Notes: generated by a model from the letters alone, not told the origin. DNA of 64,000 bases from an uncultured Eubacteriales bacterium (GCA_934436505.1 CAKSAP010000001.1:147347-211346), one strand, 5' to 3'. Shown: positions 33,937-44,613, counted from the stretch's first letter. Numbers and translations are program-made.

Positions 33937-34758
33937 ATGGACGGCTTTCAGTTTGAGATTAAGACGCCGGAAATGTTTAATTTGGATTTGATGCTCGACT
34001 GCGGTCAGGCTTTCCGTTGGGAAAAGGACGAAAACGGGAATATGCGTGGCGTGGTGTCGGGAAAGCAATACACGTTAAGGCAGGACGGCGATACTCTGTA
34101 TTGCAGCTGCACCGAAGCGGATTTCAACAAAACGCTCCGCAGATACCTTGACTTTGACAGAGATTATAAGACGATAACGGATAATTTCAGAACGGATGAA
34201 AACCTGAAAATGGCTTGCGAGGAATACGCAGGCATCAGAATTTTAAGGCAGGAGCCGTGGGAGACGCTTTGCTCGTTTATAATTTCGCAAAACAACAACA
34301 TTCCGAGAATTAAGGGCATAATTTCCCGACTTTGCGAGAGCTTCGGCGAAAGGATAGAAGAAAACGCTTATTCTTTTCCGAGTGCGGAGAGGTTAAGCAC
34401 GCTCACGGTTGAAGATTTGTCTCCGCTTCGTGCCGGTTTTCGAGCAAAATACATTCTTGACGCTGCTCAAAGGGTCAGCAAGGGGGAAGTGGATTTTGCA
34501 AAGATAGACAGTCAGCCCACGCAGTTCGGACGAGATGAGCTTATTAAAATCAAGGGCGTTGGCAAAAAGGTTGCGGAGTGCACGCTTTTGTACGGCTTCG
34601 GAAAGTTAGATGCGTTCCCCGTTGACGTTTGGGTCAAAAGAATTACCGAGGAAATGTACCCGAACGGGCTTCCCGAATGTATGAAAAATTACGAGGGAAT
34701 TGCTCAACAGTACCTTTTTCATTGGCGCAGGAGCTCCGAACGGTTCAAAAACATATAA
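33937..34758 (+). CDS. HhH-GPD superfamily DNA glycosylase (Ogg/AlkA-like)
   Basis: HhH motif LIKIKGVGKKVAECTLLYG followed by a catalytic Asp region (FPVDVWVKR). AGGAGTG RBS before the ATG at 33937. Confidence 0.75.
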   Translation: MDGFQFEIKTPEMFNLDLMLDCGQAFRWEKDENGNMRGVVSGKQYTLRQDGDTLYCSCTEADFNKTLRRYLDFDRDYKTITDNFRTDENLKMACEEYAGIRILRQEPWETLCSFIISQNNNIPRIKGIISRLCESFGERIEENAYSFPSAERLSTLTVEDLSPLRAGFRAKYILDAAQRVSKGEVDFAKIDSQPTQFGRDELIKIKGVGKKVAECTLLYGFGKLDAFPVDVWVKRITEEMYPNGLPECMKNYEGIAQQYLFHWRRSSERFKNI

Positions 34759-34882
34759 ATTCACAAAATTTTAATAAGTTTTTGCGTTATAAAGGTTGAG
34801 AATTTTACATTTTGCGGTTATAATGTTAATTGATAAAATGGGTGTAATACAGATTGAAGAAAATGAAAGGAAGTAGAAAGAT

Positions 34883-35893
34883 ATGTTGTTTTCACAGGAT
34901 ATCGGAATCGATCTCGGCACAGCCAACACATTGGTATACGTTAAGGGCAAAGGAATTGTAATAAGAGAGCCTTCGGTTGTTGCCGTAAACGTCAGCGCTT
35001 ATCCGCAGAAGGTTGAGGCTGTCGGCGACAAGGCAAAGCAGATGATAGGCAGAACTCCGGGTTCAATCACAGCGGTAAGACCTCTTAAGGACGGCGTTAT
35101 CGCAGACTTTGATATAACCTCGGATATGCTTAAAGAATTTATAAAGATGGCAATAAGCTCATCTCCGTTTTCAAGGGCAAGAGTGCTCATTTGTATCCCG
35201 TCGGGCGTTACAGAGGTTGAGAGAAAAGCTGTTCATGATGCAGCTCGTTCGGCAGGCGCAAAGCTTGTAAACCTTATCGACGAGCCTATGGCGGCGGCAA
35301 TCGGCGCAGGTCTTCCTGTTTCGGATGCGGTCGGAAGCATGGTTGTTGACATCGGCGGCGGTACGTCTGAGGTTGCCGTTATTTCTTACGGCGATATTGT
35401 TACGGCGCAGTCGGCAAGAGTTGCGGGCGATAATTTCGACGAGGCAATTATCGCTTACATCAGAAAGAAGCACAATCTTCTTATCGGCGAAAGAACGGCA
35501 GAGGACATTAAGATTAAAATCGGCTCGGCGTATCCCTATGACGGCGAGGGCGCAATGGACGTTAAGGGCAGAAACCTGCTTGACGGACTTCCCAAGAACA
35601 TTGAAATCACATCCGAAGAGGTCAGAGAGGCTCTTTCCGATCCGGTAAATCAGATACTTGATACAATTCACTCGACTCTTGAGAAAACTCCCCCCGAGCT
35701 TTCGGCGGATATTATCGACAGAGGTATAATGCTTACAGGCGGCGGCGCATTGCTCAGAGGTCTTGATAAGCTTATTTCAATTGAAACAAAAATTCCCGTT
35801 CACATTGCTGAAAATCCGCTTGACTGCGTTGTTGACGGAACAGGTATGTGCTTGGAAAATCCCAAGTTTATGGAAAAGGGATATTACGATTGA
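34883..35893 (+). CDS. mreB: rod shape-determining protein MreB
   Basis: 336 aa actin-like ATPase ([14 protein letters not shown], phosphate motifs). Confidence 0.95.
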   Translation: MLFSQDIGIDLGTANTLVYVKGKGIVIREPSVVAVNVSAYPQKVEAVGDKAKQMIGRTPGSITAVRPLKDGVIADFDITSDMLKEFIKMAISSSPFSRARVLICIPSGVTEVERKAVHDAARSAGAKLVNLIDEPMAAAIGAGLPVSDAVGSMVVDIGGGTSEVAVISYGDIVTAQSARVAGDNFDEAIIAYIRKKHNLLIGERTAEDIKIKIGSAYPYDGEGAMDVKGRNLLDGLPKNIEITSEEVREALSDPVNQILDTIHSTLEKTPPELSADIIDRGIMLTGGGALLRGLDKLISIETKIPVHIAENPLDCVVDGTGMCLENPKFMEKGYYD

Positions 35894-35960
35894 TAATTAT
35901 TTTCACGGCGGGTGTTATGCCCGCCTTGTTGCACTTTTATACGAACGGTAGGTGATACAG

Positions 35961-36806
35961 TTGAAGAATTTTGTCAGAAGCAATACGTTCAGAGCGTTGC
36001 TTTTGCTTGTTATTATACTTCTTGCGGGAATTATCGCAGGGGTATCCTCCGGCAATGCGGCTTCTCCGTTGACCTCCGCTGTCAGCACCGTATTTTCTCC
36101 GCTGTCTCGCCTTTCAACGGCTATTTCGGAAAAGCTTGATTTTGTAAAGGGCGGATTTGTTTCCTCGGCTTCGTATATGGACAGGGTTGCCGAGCTCGAA
36201 GAGCAGGTAGCGGATTATCAGAAAAAGCTTGTTGATTACGAAAAAATGAAAAAGCAAATCGAGGCTTACGAAAACTTCCTCGGTGTTAAGGAAAAAAATC
36301 CCGATTTCAAATTTACCGCAGGAACGGTTATCGGCAGAAATTCGGCAGATGCCTTCGATTCTTTTGAACTCAACTGCGGAAGCAATGATGGCGTGAGCGT
36401 AAATGACCCCGTTATAAGCGGAGAATATCTTATCGGAATTGTCAGCGAGGTTACTCCGACAACCTGTATTGTGCTTTCTGTTTACGATCCGCAGGTCAAT
36501 GCCGCAGCGTACGAGATAAGAACGGGCGAAATAGGTTATACCGACACGACGGTTAAAATGAGCCTTACCGCAACCGTTAAATTTGCAGGACTTACAAAGG
36601 ATACCGCAGTAGCCGAGGGTGGAATTGTCTGTACCTCGGGCGTCGGCGGAATATTCCCGAGAGGGCTTATTATCGGTACGGTCAAGTCCGTAAAGCAGGA
36701 GGAGGGCGATGTCTCCTACTATGCCGAGGTCGCTCCGCAGATTGATTTGGGCGAGGTTCAGGACGCATTTGTAATTACTGACTTTGAGGGTAAGGGCAAT
36801 GCGTAA
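35961..36806 (+). CDS. mreC: rod shape-determining protein MreC
   Basis: N-terminal TM segment, coiled coil, beta-rich C-terminal domains. TTG start with an AGGTGA RBS. Confidence 0.85.
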   Translation: MKNFVRSNTFRALLLLVIILLAGIIAGVSSGNAASPLTSAVSTVFSPLSRLSTAISEKLDFVKGGFVSSASYMDRVAELEEQVADYQKKLVDYEKMKKQIEAYENFLGVKEKNPDFKFTAGTVIGRNSADAFDSFELNCGSNDGVSVNDPVISGEYLIGIVSEVTPTTCIVLSVYDPQVNAAAYEIRTGEIGYTDTTVKMSLTATVKFAGLTKDTAVAEGGIVCTSGVGGIFPRGLIIGTVKSVKQEEGDVSYYAEVAPQIDLGEVQDAFVITDFEGKGNA

Positions 36807-37323
36807 TAATACAAAGCTGATAATATTCAGAAGAACTGTTTTTGTTATTTTAATATTGATTACTAACATTTTTCAGAACACAAGGGGCTGGTTTCCGGAA
36901 ATTTTCTCCGCAAGGGCATTTTTGCTCATACCGCTTGTTGTGTGCCTCGGAATGTTTGAGCGTGAGGTGGTCGGTGCGCTGCTCGGAGCTCTTGCAGGAG
37001 CGTTGTGGGACGGCGTATTCGGTCTTGCGGACGGATATAACGCATTGTTCCTTATGATAATCGGCGGCGGATGCGGCTTGCTCATAAATATTCTTATGAG
37101 AAACCATCTTTTGACGGCGCTGATTCTTTCGGGCTCTGCGACCTTGCTTTATACGGTGTTCTATGTGCTGTTTTTTGTTACGGCGCAGGGTATGGACTCC
37201 TCCGTCTGGCTGTTTTTGAGATTTTATTTGCCGTCGGCGATTTATACCGTTTTGTTTACGCCGATATATTATGTGATAGTCAGGTATCTTATGAGGCTTA
37301 CAAAGACTGCACACGAATTTTGA
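36799..37323 (+). CDS. mreD: rod shape-determining protein MreD
   Basis: About 175 aa polytopic membrane protein overlapping the mreC end. GAGGG RBS. Confidence 0.75.
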   Translation: MRNNTKLIIFRRTVFVILILITNIFQNTRGWFPEIFSARAFLLIPLVVCLGMFEREVVGALLGALAGALWDGVFGLADGYNALFLMIIGGGCGLLINILMRNHLLTALILSGSATLLYTVFYVLFFVTAQGMDSSVWLFLRFYLPSAIYTVLFTPIYYVIVRYLMRLTKTAHEF

Positions 37324-37344
37324 CATATGAAAGGAGAGCTGTAA

Positions 37345-39447
37345 ATGAACGATAAAACCAAAAGCACTAAATTTCGGACTGTTGCGTTTACCGTAGCGGT
37401 GCTTTTTGTTTTCTCATTATTTATTGCCGACCTTTTCAGAATACAGATTGCGAATGCCGACGAGGCGACGGTTGAGAGGGTTGCGCTCAAGCAGACCGAT
37501 ACGACCATCAAGGCGGCAAGGGGAGAAATTCTCGACTGCAACGGAAAGCCGCTTGTTACAAATAAGCAAATAAACTCCGTTATCTTCAACGGTTCTTACT
37601 TTCCGAGAACGGACGAGCAGGAGCAGAGGAACGAGATTATAATTTCGCTCATACACTTGCTTGAAAGCTACGGCACGGAGTGGAATAATGACATTCCGCT
37701 TTATTTCGACCAAAACGGAAACGTGCAATTTATGGCTGACAGGGACGCAGATATAAAATATCTAAAGTCCAAAAACGTGCTTTATCTCAACGAGTATGCG
37801 ACGGCGCAAAACTGCTTTGACGAGCTGAAAACCAAGTTTAAGCTTGAACAGTATTCGGACTCCGACGCATTGAAAATCGCATCTGTTTGCTATTCGCTTA
37901 AAAAGAATGCGTTTGCCACCTCCAATCCGTACACTTTTGCGGACAATGTTTCTGTTGAGCTCGCTTCGAAAATTAAGGAGAACAGCGGTTTTTATGCAGG
38001 GGTTGAAATTCAGGTAACTACCGAGAGAGAATATCTCAACGGTACGCTTGCACCGCATATAATCGGAACAATAGGACCGCTTAATGCAGAAGAATACAAC
38101 AAGAGGACGGAAGAATATAACACGGCGGTCAAGAATGAAAATCTTACCACCGAGGAAAAGAAAAATCTGAAGCTTCGTGCTTACGCAATGGACGATACCA
38201 TCGGCAAGTTCGGACTTGAAAGCGCAATGGAGCAGTATTTACGAGGCACGAACGGCGTTGAAAGTACGATTACCGATTCGAGCGGAAGCAAGACGACCGA
38301 GATTACGACAGAGCCTGTTCAGGGCGATACCGTAATTTTGACAATCGACTCCGATTTGCAGCTTGCGGTGCAGGAGGCTCTTGCGAACTTCATTGCACAG
38401 TATAAGGATAAAGCGAGCTTGCCTGCGGTCGGCTCGGCGGTTGTGATGGATGTTAACAGCGGTGCGGTGCTTGCTTGCGCCACCTATCCGAGCTATGACC
38501 TCACGACGTATTACGATAACTATTCCGCACTTTCTGCGGACAAGTCGTCTCCGCTTTGGAACAGAGCTCTTCAAAGTACGTATGAGCCGGGTTCTACCTT
38601 TAAGGCGGCGATTGCGCTTGCAGGACTTGAAGAGGGAGTTATCACAAAGGACACAAGAGTAACCTGTAACAGAATTTACACCTACTTCCAGGATACGCAG
38701 TTCAAATGCCTTCACGCACACGGGGCGATTACGGTCGCCGAAGCGTTAAATCAGTCGTGCAACATTTTCTTCTATGAGACGGGCAGACAGCTCGGAATTG
38801 AAAAAATGAACGACTATTGCACAAGGCTCGGACTCGGACAGAAAACAGGCGTTGAAATAAACGAATCAAAGGGTGTGCTTGCGAGCATAGAGTACCGTGA
38901 AGCTCACGGCGGAACGTGGTATCCCGGCGATACCGTTCAGGCGGCTATCGGTCAGTCGGATAACCTGTTCACACCCATTCAGCTTTGCAATTATGTTGCG
39001 ACGATTGCAAACGGCGGAACAAGATACAAGGCGCATTTTGTAAAAAGCGTAAAAACTGCGGATTACTCGCAGACAATTATAGACAGCACACCCGTTGTTC
39101 TCAATGAAACGGGGATTTCACAGAGCAGCATAAACGTTGTAAAGGACGGTATGATGCGTCTCGGCGGCAGACTTTCGGCGTTTAAGGGCTTGCCTGTTTC
39201 GGTTGCGGCGAAAACGGGTACTGCGGAGTCAAAGGCGAAGGTCGGCGGTAAAATCGAGTCGGGTCTTAACGGCTTTATGATTTCCTTTGCACCTGCCGAC
39301 AATCCGCAAATTGCCGTAAGCGTGGCTATTGAAAACTTGAACAGCGGTTCTGCAACGGCGATGCTTGTTGCTGATATTTATAAGGCGTATTTCGGAACTG
39401 CAAGCGAGATTGATGCGATAGACAGTCAGAATACGGCGCTTAATTGA
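37345..39447 (+). CDS. mrdA: penicillin-binding protein 2 (peptidoglycan D,D-transpeptidase)
   Basis: 700 aa with an N-terminal TM segment, dimerisation domain, transpeptidase motifs STFK, SCN, KTGT. Confidence 0.9.
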   Translation: MNDKTKSTKFRTVAFTVAVLFVFSLFIADLFRIQIANADEATVERVALKQTDTTIKAARGEILDCNGKPLVTNKQINSVIFNGSYFPRTDEQEQRNEIIISLIHLLESYGTEWNNDIPLYFDQNGNVQFMADRDADIKYLKSKNVLYLNEYATAQNCFDELKTKFKLEQYSDSDALKIASVCYSLKKNAFATSNPYTFADNVSVELASKIKENSGFYAGVEIQVTTEREYLNGTLAPHIIGTIGPLNAEEYNKRTEEYNTAVKNENLTTEEKKNLKLRAYAMDDTIGKFGLESAMEQYLRGTNGVESTITDSSGSKTTEITTEPVQGDTVILTIDSDLQLAVQEALANFIAQYKDKASLPAVGSAVVMDVNSGAVLACATYPSYDLTTYYDNYSALSADKSSPLWNRALQSTYEPGSTFKAAIALAGLEEGVITKDTRVTCNRIYTYFQDTQFKCLHAHGAITVAEALNQSCNIFFYETGRQLGIEKMNDYCTRLGLGQKTGVEINESKGVLASIEYREAHGGTWYPGDTVQAAIGQSDNLFTPIQLCNYVATIANGGTRYKAHFVKSVKTADYSQTIIDSTPVVLNETGISQSSINVVKDGMMRLGGRLSAFKGLPVSVAAKTGTAESKAKVGGKIESGLNGFMISFAPADNPQIAVSVAIENLNSGSATAMLVADIYKAYFGTASEIDAIDSQNTALN

Positions 39448-39461
39448 TTGGAGTGAGGGAA

Positions 39462-40193
39462 ATGGCTCAGAAAATTCTTGTCTTATCGGGGAAGGGCGGC
39501 GTCGGAAAGTCGTCTGTTTCGGTAGGACTTGCAAACGCCCTGTGCTCAATGGGGAAAAGCGTGCTTCTTGTTGATGCCGATGTCGGCTTTCGCAGCCTTG
39601 ACCTTATTATGAATATCGGCGATAAGGTCGTGTATAATTGGCTTGATGTTATCGAGGGACGCTGCTCCTTTTTACAGGCAGTTGTCAGCGGAGAGGGTAT
39701 GCCCGATTTGCTTTCCGCACCGTCGGACTTTTCGGACAGCATAACAGAGGCGGCGTTTTCGGATTTGCTTTCGCACACGGACACGGATTATGATTTTGTT
39801 TTTGTTGACTCTGCGGCAGGCTCGGATGATTTTCACGGAATTTTGGCAAAGGTCTGCGACAGGGCAATAATAGTTGTAACGGGCGATCCCGTTTGCGTAA
39901 GGAGTGCTGATGCGGCTGTCGGCAGGGTGCTGAAGGTCGATAAGGATATTGATATCAGAATGATTATCAACCGATTTGACAGATACGAGGTTGAGTCGGG
40001 AAAGCAGATGAAGCTTGATGACGTCATTGACTCGGCAAGGGTGCAGCTTATCGGAGTTATACCCGAGGATGACAGCGTGAGGCTGCTTTCAAACGGAAGC
40101 AAAATCTCAAAATATGCTTTTAACGCATTTTTAAGAACGGCAAAACGCATTTTGGGCGAAAACGTTTTGTTCAAACAAAAGGATTTTTATTGA
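39462..40193 (+). CDS. minD: MinD-like septum-site-determining ATPase (orphan: no minC or minE adjacent)
   Basis: GKGGVGKS deviant Walker A, DADVGFRSLD, IPEDDSV. Clear MinD homology but the C-terminus lacks the usual amphipathic membrane-targeting helix. Confidence 0.8.
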   Translation: MAQKILVLSGKGGVGKSSVSVGLANALCSMGKSVLLVDADVGFRSLDLIMNIGDKVVYNWLDVIEGRCSFLQAVVSGEGMPDLLSAPSDFSDSITEAAFSDLLSHTDTDYDFVFVDSAAGSDDFHGILAKVCDRAIIVVTGDPVCVRSADAAVGRVLKVDKDIDIRMIINRFDRYEVESGKQMKLDDVIDSARVQLIGVIPEDDSVRLLSNGSKISKYAFNAFLRTAKRILGENVLFKQKDFY

Positions 40194-40208
40194 TAAACAG
40201 TTGAAAAA

Positions 40209-40238
40209 TGAAAGAAAATTTGATATTATACTATACGA
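40209..40238 (+). promoter_or_regulatory. candidate promoter for mgsA
   Basis: TTGAAA, a 17-nt spacer, then TATTAT, upstream of a GGGAGGAAG RBS. Confidence 0.4.
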
Positions 40239-40269
40239 GAGACTTTAATAGGGAGGAAGTTGAAGATAT

Positions 40270-40686
40270 ATGAACATAGCTCTTATAGCACACGATGAGA
40301 AAAAAGAACTTATGACGCAGTTTTGCATTGCATATTGCGGAATACTCTCAAAGCACAATCTTTGCGCTACGGGAACTACGGGTAAGCTTGTCTCTGAGGC
40401 AACAGGTCTTAAAATTACACAGTTTTTAAGCGGCTCTCAAGGCGGCGATCAGCAAATCGGTTCGAGGATTGCTTGCAACGAAATTGACCTTTTGCTTATG
40501 TTCAGAGATCCCCTTAATCCTAAGCCACATGAGCCGAATGAAGCTAATCTTTTAAGGCTCTGCGACGTTCACAATATACCCGTCGCTACTAATATCGCTA
40601 CTGCGGAGGCGCTTATACACAGCCTTGCAAGGGGCGACCTTGACTGGAGAGATATTGTTAACCCGAAGAATGGCGAACACCACTAA
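40270..40686 (+). CDS. mgsA: methylglyoxal synthase
   Basis: 138 aa with the IALIAHD(E/N)KK N-terminus and catalytic-region conservation. Confidence 0.9.
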   Translation: MNIALIAHDEKKELMTQFCIAYCGILSKHNLCATGTTGKLVSEATGLKITQFLSGSQGGDQQIGSRIACNEIDLLLMFRDPLNPKPHEPNEANLLRLCDVHNIPVATNIATAEALIHSLARGDLDWRDIVNPKNGEHH

Positions 40687-40746
40687 ATAAAATCGCCCCT
40701 TCCGATTCGGAGGGGGTAATTCTGTATAAATGAGGGAATGAAATCT

Positions 40747-42090
40747 ATGGCGCTTATTACCAACGCAATCAAAGGTACACTTGACACATTGCCGTCGAGC
40801 AGTTATAAAATCCAATATATCGAAGCGGCTATGCGTGAAATTGCCGAAAATTACGGCTTTTACGAAATGCGTACCCCCGTTTTTGAACACACCGAGCTTT
40901 TTCAGCGCTCTGTCGGCGAAACAACGGATGTTGTTCAGAAGGAAATGTACACCTTTAAGGACAAGGGCGACAGGTCAATAACATTGAAGCCCGAGGGCAC
41001 GGCAGGTGCGGTGCGAGCTTTCCTTGAGCACGGGCTTTTCAACGAGGCTATGCCGCAGAAAATTTACTATGTTACGCCCTGCTATCGCTATGAAAAGCCG
41101 CAGGCAGGCAGACTTCGTGAATTCCACCAGTTCGGAGTTGAGTGCTTCGGCGCAGGAAGTGCGGCGCAGGATGCTGAAATTATTTTGCTTGCAAATGAAG
41201 TGTTTAATTATCTCGGCGTAAACAATATATCGCTTGAAATAAATTCAATCGGCTGCCCCGAATGCCGTAAAAAATATCAGGAGGCACTCAAGGAATATTT
41301 CAAAGCCAATTATGACGCTTTGTGCGATACCTGCAAGGGTAGACTTGAGAAAAACCCGATGAGAATACTTGACTGCAAGAGTCCCGTATGCTCAAAAATC
41401 GCAGAAAATGCACCTAAAATTCTCGACTATTTATGCGAGGATTGTAATGAACATTTTGAGTTAGTTAAAAAATATCTAACGGCAAATAATATTGATTTCA
41501 AGGTTAATCCGACAATCGTAAGAGGTCTTGATTACTATACAAGAACGGTCTTTGAATTCGTGTCAAACGAAATCGGAGCGCAGGGCACTGTTTGCGGCGG
41601 CGGTCGCTATGACGGACTTGTTGAGGAGTTGGGCGGTAAGCCTACACCGGCTTGCGGCTTCGCTCTCGGACTTGAAAGGCTTATGCTCTTGATGGATACG
41701 CAGAAAACCGAGTTCCCCGAAAGAAAAAAATGCGACCTTTATATCGCTTCTATGGGCGAGCAGGCTAATATAAAAGCCTCGGCTCTTGCTACGGATTTGA
41801 GAAATGAGGGGCTTTCGGCGCAGTTTGATACGGTCGGAAGGTCCGTTAAGGCTCAGATGAAATATGCAGACAAAATCGGCGCTCTTTATACCGTCGTACT
41901 CGGCGACAGCGAGCTTGAAAGCGGCAGGGCTGTGCTTAAAAATATGTCGGACGGCACTCAGGCGGAGATTGAGCTTGCGGATTTCACGGATAATTTTCAG
42001 TCGATCGTAATAAAGCAGGCGATGGACTCGCTTGACGGCTACGGCATTGAGGGACTTGAAATTACAGATATACTTGGAGGACAAAATTGA
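40747..42090 (+). CDS. hisS: histidine--tRNA ligase
   Basis: Class IIa synthetase. N-terminus MALITNAIKGTLD matches the HisS pattern. Confidence 0.95.
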   Translation: MALITNAIKGTLDTLPSSSYKIQYIEAAMREIAENYGFYEMRTPVFEHTELFQRSVGETTDVVQKEMYTFKDKGDRSITLKPEGTAGAVRAFLEHGLFNEAMPQKIYYVTPCYRYEKPQAGRLREFHQFGVECFGAGSAAQDAEIILLANEVFNYLGVNNISLEINSIGCPECRKKYQEALKEYFKANYDALCDTCKGRLEKNPMRILDCKSPVCSKIAENAPKILDYLCEDCNEHFELVKKYLTANNIDFKVNPTIVRGLDYYTRTVFEFVSNEIGAQGTVCGGGRYDGLVEELGGKPTPACGFALGLERLMLLMDTQKTEFPERKKCDLYIASMGEQANIKASALATDLRNEGLSAQFDTVGRSVKAQMKYADKIGALYTVVLGDSELESGRAVLKNMSDGTQAEIELADFTDNFQSIVIKQAMDSLDGYGIEGLEITDILGGQN

Positions 42091-43880
42091 TGGAAACAAT
42101 GCAGGGAATTAAGAGAACGGACTATTGCGGCACGCTTACCGCAAAGGATATTGGCAGAGAGGTTACTCTTTGCGGTTGGGTTCAGCGTCAGCGAGACCTC
42201 GGCGCATTGATTTTCGTCGATTTGAGAGACAGAACGGGCGTTGTTCAGCTTGCTTTTACGGAAAGCACCGACAAAGAAGTTTTTGACAAGGCTTTTTCCG
42301 TTAGAAGTGAGTATGTTCTTGCTGCAACAGGTACGGTCAGGGAGAGAAGTGCCAAAAACCCCGATATTCCCACCGGCGAGATTGAAATTGAGGTTAAGGA
42401 ATTGAGAGTTCTTGCAAAGAGCGAGACAACTCCGTTTGAAATTCAGGAAAATTCGCAGACAGGTGAGCTGACAAGACTTAAATACCGTTATCTTGACCTT
42501 CGCCGTCCTGATTTGCAGAAAAATATTATTTTCAGACATAAGGTAGCGAAAATTACAAGAGATTATTTTGACGAGAACGGCTTTATCGAGATTGAAACGC
42601 CTATGCTTATCCGTTCCACTCCCGAGGGCGCAAGAGATTTCCTTGTTCCGTCGAGAATTCACAACGGCAGCTTCTATGCGCTTCCGCAGTCTCCGCAGCT
42701 TTATAAGCAGCTTTCAATGGTTGCAGGCTTTGACAGATATATGCAGATTGCCCGTTGCTTCAGAGACGAGGACTTGAGAGCAGACCGTCAGCCCGAATTT
42801 ACGCAGATAGACCTTGAAATGTCCTTTGTTGAGATGGAGGATGTTCTCGAAATGGGCGAGGGATATATCAAGCGTGTGTTCAAGGATGCACTCGGTGTTG
42901 ATATTCCCACTCCGCTACCTCGCATTACCTTTAAGGAAGCTATGGAGAGATACGGCTCGGACAAGCCCGATACAAGATACGGAATGGAGCTTATCGACCT
43001 TACCGATATTGTTAAGGGCTCTGAATTTATTGTGTTCAAGAGCGCTATTGAGGCAGGCGGCAGCGTAAGGGCGATAAAGGCTGAAAATGCGGCTTCCGTG
43101 CTTACAAGAAAAGAGATAGACAAGCTTACCGAGCAGGCAAAGGGTAGCGGCGCAAAGGGTATGGCTTGGATAAGAATGACACCCAACGGTATGGCTTCCT
43201 CGTTTGCTAAATTTATGACAGAAGAAGAGCTTAGTCAAATTTCGTCTAAAACTGATTTGAAGCAGGGCGATGTGCTTCTTGTTATCGCAGACGCTAATAA
43301 TAATCACGTTCTTTCGATACTCGGTGCACTCAGACAGACAGTTGCAAAGAAGCTTGATATAATCCCCGAGGGCGTGTTCAATCTTCTTTGGATTACGGAA
43401 TTCCCGTTCTTTGAGTATGACGAGGAAAGCGGCGAGTGGCTTGCAATGCACCACCCCTTTACTGCACCTATGGACGATTGTCTTGATTACCTTGAAACCG
43501 ATAAGGGCAAGGTCAGGGCAAAGTGCTACGACCTTGTACTTAACGGAATTGAATTGTCCTCGGGCTCGATAAGAATTACCGATCCGCAGCTTCAGTCGAG
43601 GATTTTCGACCTTCTCGGTCTTACAAAGGAAGAAGCTTACGAGAAATTCGGCTACCTGCTTGACGCATTCCGCTTCGGCGCTCCGCCTCACGGTGGAATG
43701 GGTATCGGTCTTGACAGACTTTGTATGCAGATGCTCGGCTGTGAGAGCTTGAGAGATGTTGTGGCATATCCTAAGGTTCAGAACGCTTCCGAGCCTATGA
43801 CCGAATGTCCTGCACCCGTTGACGAGCTTCAGCTCAATGACCTCGGCATTGCGGTTACAAGAACAGAAGAAAAAGAGTAA
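42090..43880 (+). CDS. aspS: aspartate--tRNA ligase
   Basis: About 596 aa with an OB-fold anticodon-binding N-terminus, GAD insertion and class II motifs. The ATG overlaps the hisS stop (ATGA). Confidence 0.95.
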   Translation: METMQGIKRTDYCGTLTAKDIGREVTLCGWVQRQRDLGALIFVDLRDRTGVVQLAFTESTDKEVFDKAFSVRSEYVLAATGTVRERSAKNPDIPTGEIEIEVKELRVLAKSETTPFEIQENSQTGELTRLKYRYLDLRRPDLQKNIIFRHKVAKITRDYFDENGFIEIETPMLIRSTPEGARDFLVPSRIHNGSFYALPQSPQLYKQLSMVAGFDRYMQIARCFRDEDLRADRQPEFTQIDLEMSFVEMEDVLEMGEGYIKRVFKDALGVDIPTPLPRITFKEAMERYGSDKPDTRYGMELIDLTDIVKGSEFIVFKSAIEAGGSVRAIKAENAASVLTRKEIDKLTEQAKGSGAKGMAWIRMTPNGMASSFAKFMTEEELSQISSKTDLKQGDVLLVIADANNNHVLSILGALRQTVAKKLDIIPEGVFNLLWITEFPFFEYDEESGEWLAMHHPFTAPMDDCLDYLETDKGKVRAKCYDLVLNGIELSSGSIRITDPQLQSRIFDLLGLTKEEAYEKFGYLLDAFRFGAPPHGGMGIGLDRLCMQMLGCESLRDVVAYPKVQNASEPMTECPAPVDELQLNDLGIAVTRTEEKE

Positions 43881-43892
43881 CAGATATAATTA

Positions 43893-43925
43893 AACCCCGT
43901 TCATAGAACGGGGTTTGTTTTTTTC
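43893..43925 (+). terminator. rho-independent terminator after aspS
   Basis: AACCCCGTTC-ATA-GAACGGGGTT (10-bp stem) followed by TGTTTTTTT. Confidence 0.8.
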
Positions 43926-43990
43926 ACTTTTCTTTGGAAGGCAAAGTGCAAAAATTGCACTTTTGATAATTCGAGGTGCAAATTTTTACT

Positions 43991-44572
43991 TTATTTCAGT
44001 TTATCAAGCGGTAATTCATAAGCAGGGAGATATTCCTTTACGAAAATATCGGCTTCCTCACAGTCAAGGGAGTCAATCAACGCCTTTGTTGATTTTTCGG
44101 CGTCGGAGAACTCGGAGTTTCCTGCTTTTCGCTCTTCGATACATTTGATATATGCGCTTAATTTGTCCGCTGCCTTTACAAGCCGCCAAAGCTCCGTATC
44201 CTTTTCATCCTTGAAAAATAATGAGGTGTACTCGCCTTTTATATCGTCGTCGAGCATATCGAGCAGAGAGGAGCAAGCGTTATTTTCGATTTTTTCAAAG
44301 GTGTTACGCATGTCCCTGCTGTAATATTTCACGGGTGTCGGCATATCGCCTGTGATAATCTCCGGCACGTCGTGGTAAAGACCTAACAGGGCGGCTCTTT
44401 CGGTGTTATAGCTCTTGCCAAGCTTTTTATTGCCGATTACGGCGAGAGCGTGAGCCAAAACAGCTACCTCATGTGAGTGCTGACTCAAGGTTTCATAGGT
44501 CGTGTTGCGCATAAGTGCCCAACGGTTAATGTATTTTATTCTGCCTGTGAATGCGAAAAATCCGTTTTTCAT
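43991..44572 (-). CDS. HD-domain 5'-deoxynucleotidase (YfbR-like)
   Basis: 193 aa with an HD motif (HSHEVA...YHD), YfbR-family length. Confidence 0.75.
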   Translation of the reverse strand: MKNGFFAFTGRIKYINRWALMRNTTYETLSQHSHEVAVLAHALAVIGNKKLGKSYNTERAALLGLYHDVPEIITGDMPTPVKYYSRDMRNTFEKIENNACSSLLDMLDDDIKGEYTSLFFKDEKDTELWRLVKAADKLSAYIKCIEERKAGNSEFSDAEKSTKALIDSLDCEEADIFVKEYLPAYELPLDKLK

Positions 44573-44586
44573 AATAGTCTCATAAT

Positions 44587-44613
44587 CTCCTACTATAAAA
44601 GCCCACCGTTTAG
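44587..44613. terminator. bidirectional terminator hairpin
   Basis: AAAAGCCCAC-loop-GTGGGCTTTT flanked by A- and T-runs, between two minus-strand genes. Confidence 0.6.

Noticed and set aside
42915-43691. 258-aa minus-strand ORF inside aspS, and similar antisense ORFs (35171-35671 in mreB, 27339-27956 in serS, 36114-36869 in mreC)
   Set aside because: All are antisense shadows of strongly supported housekeeping genes and have no independent signals.
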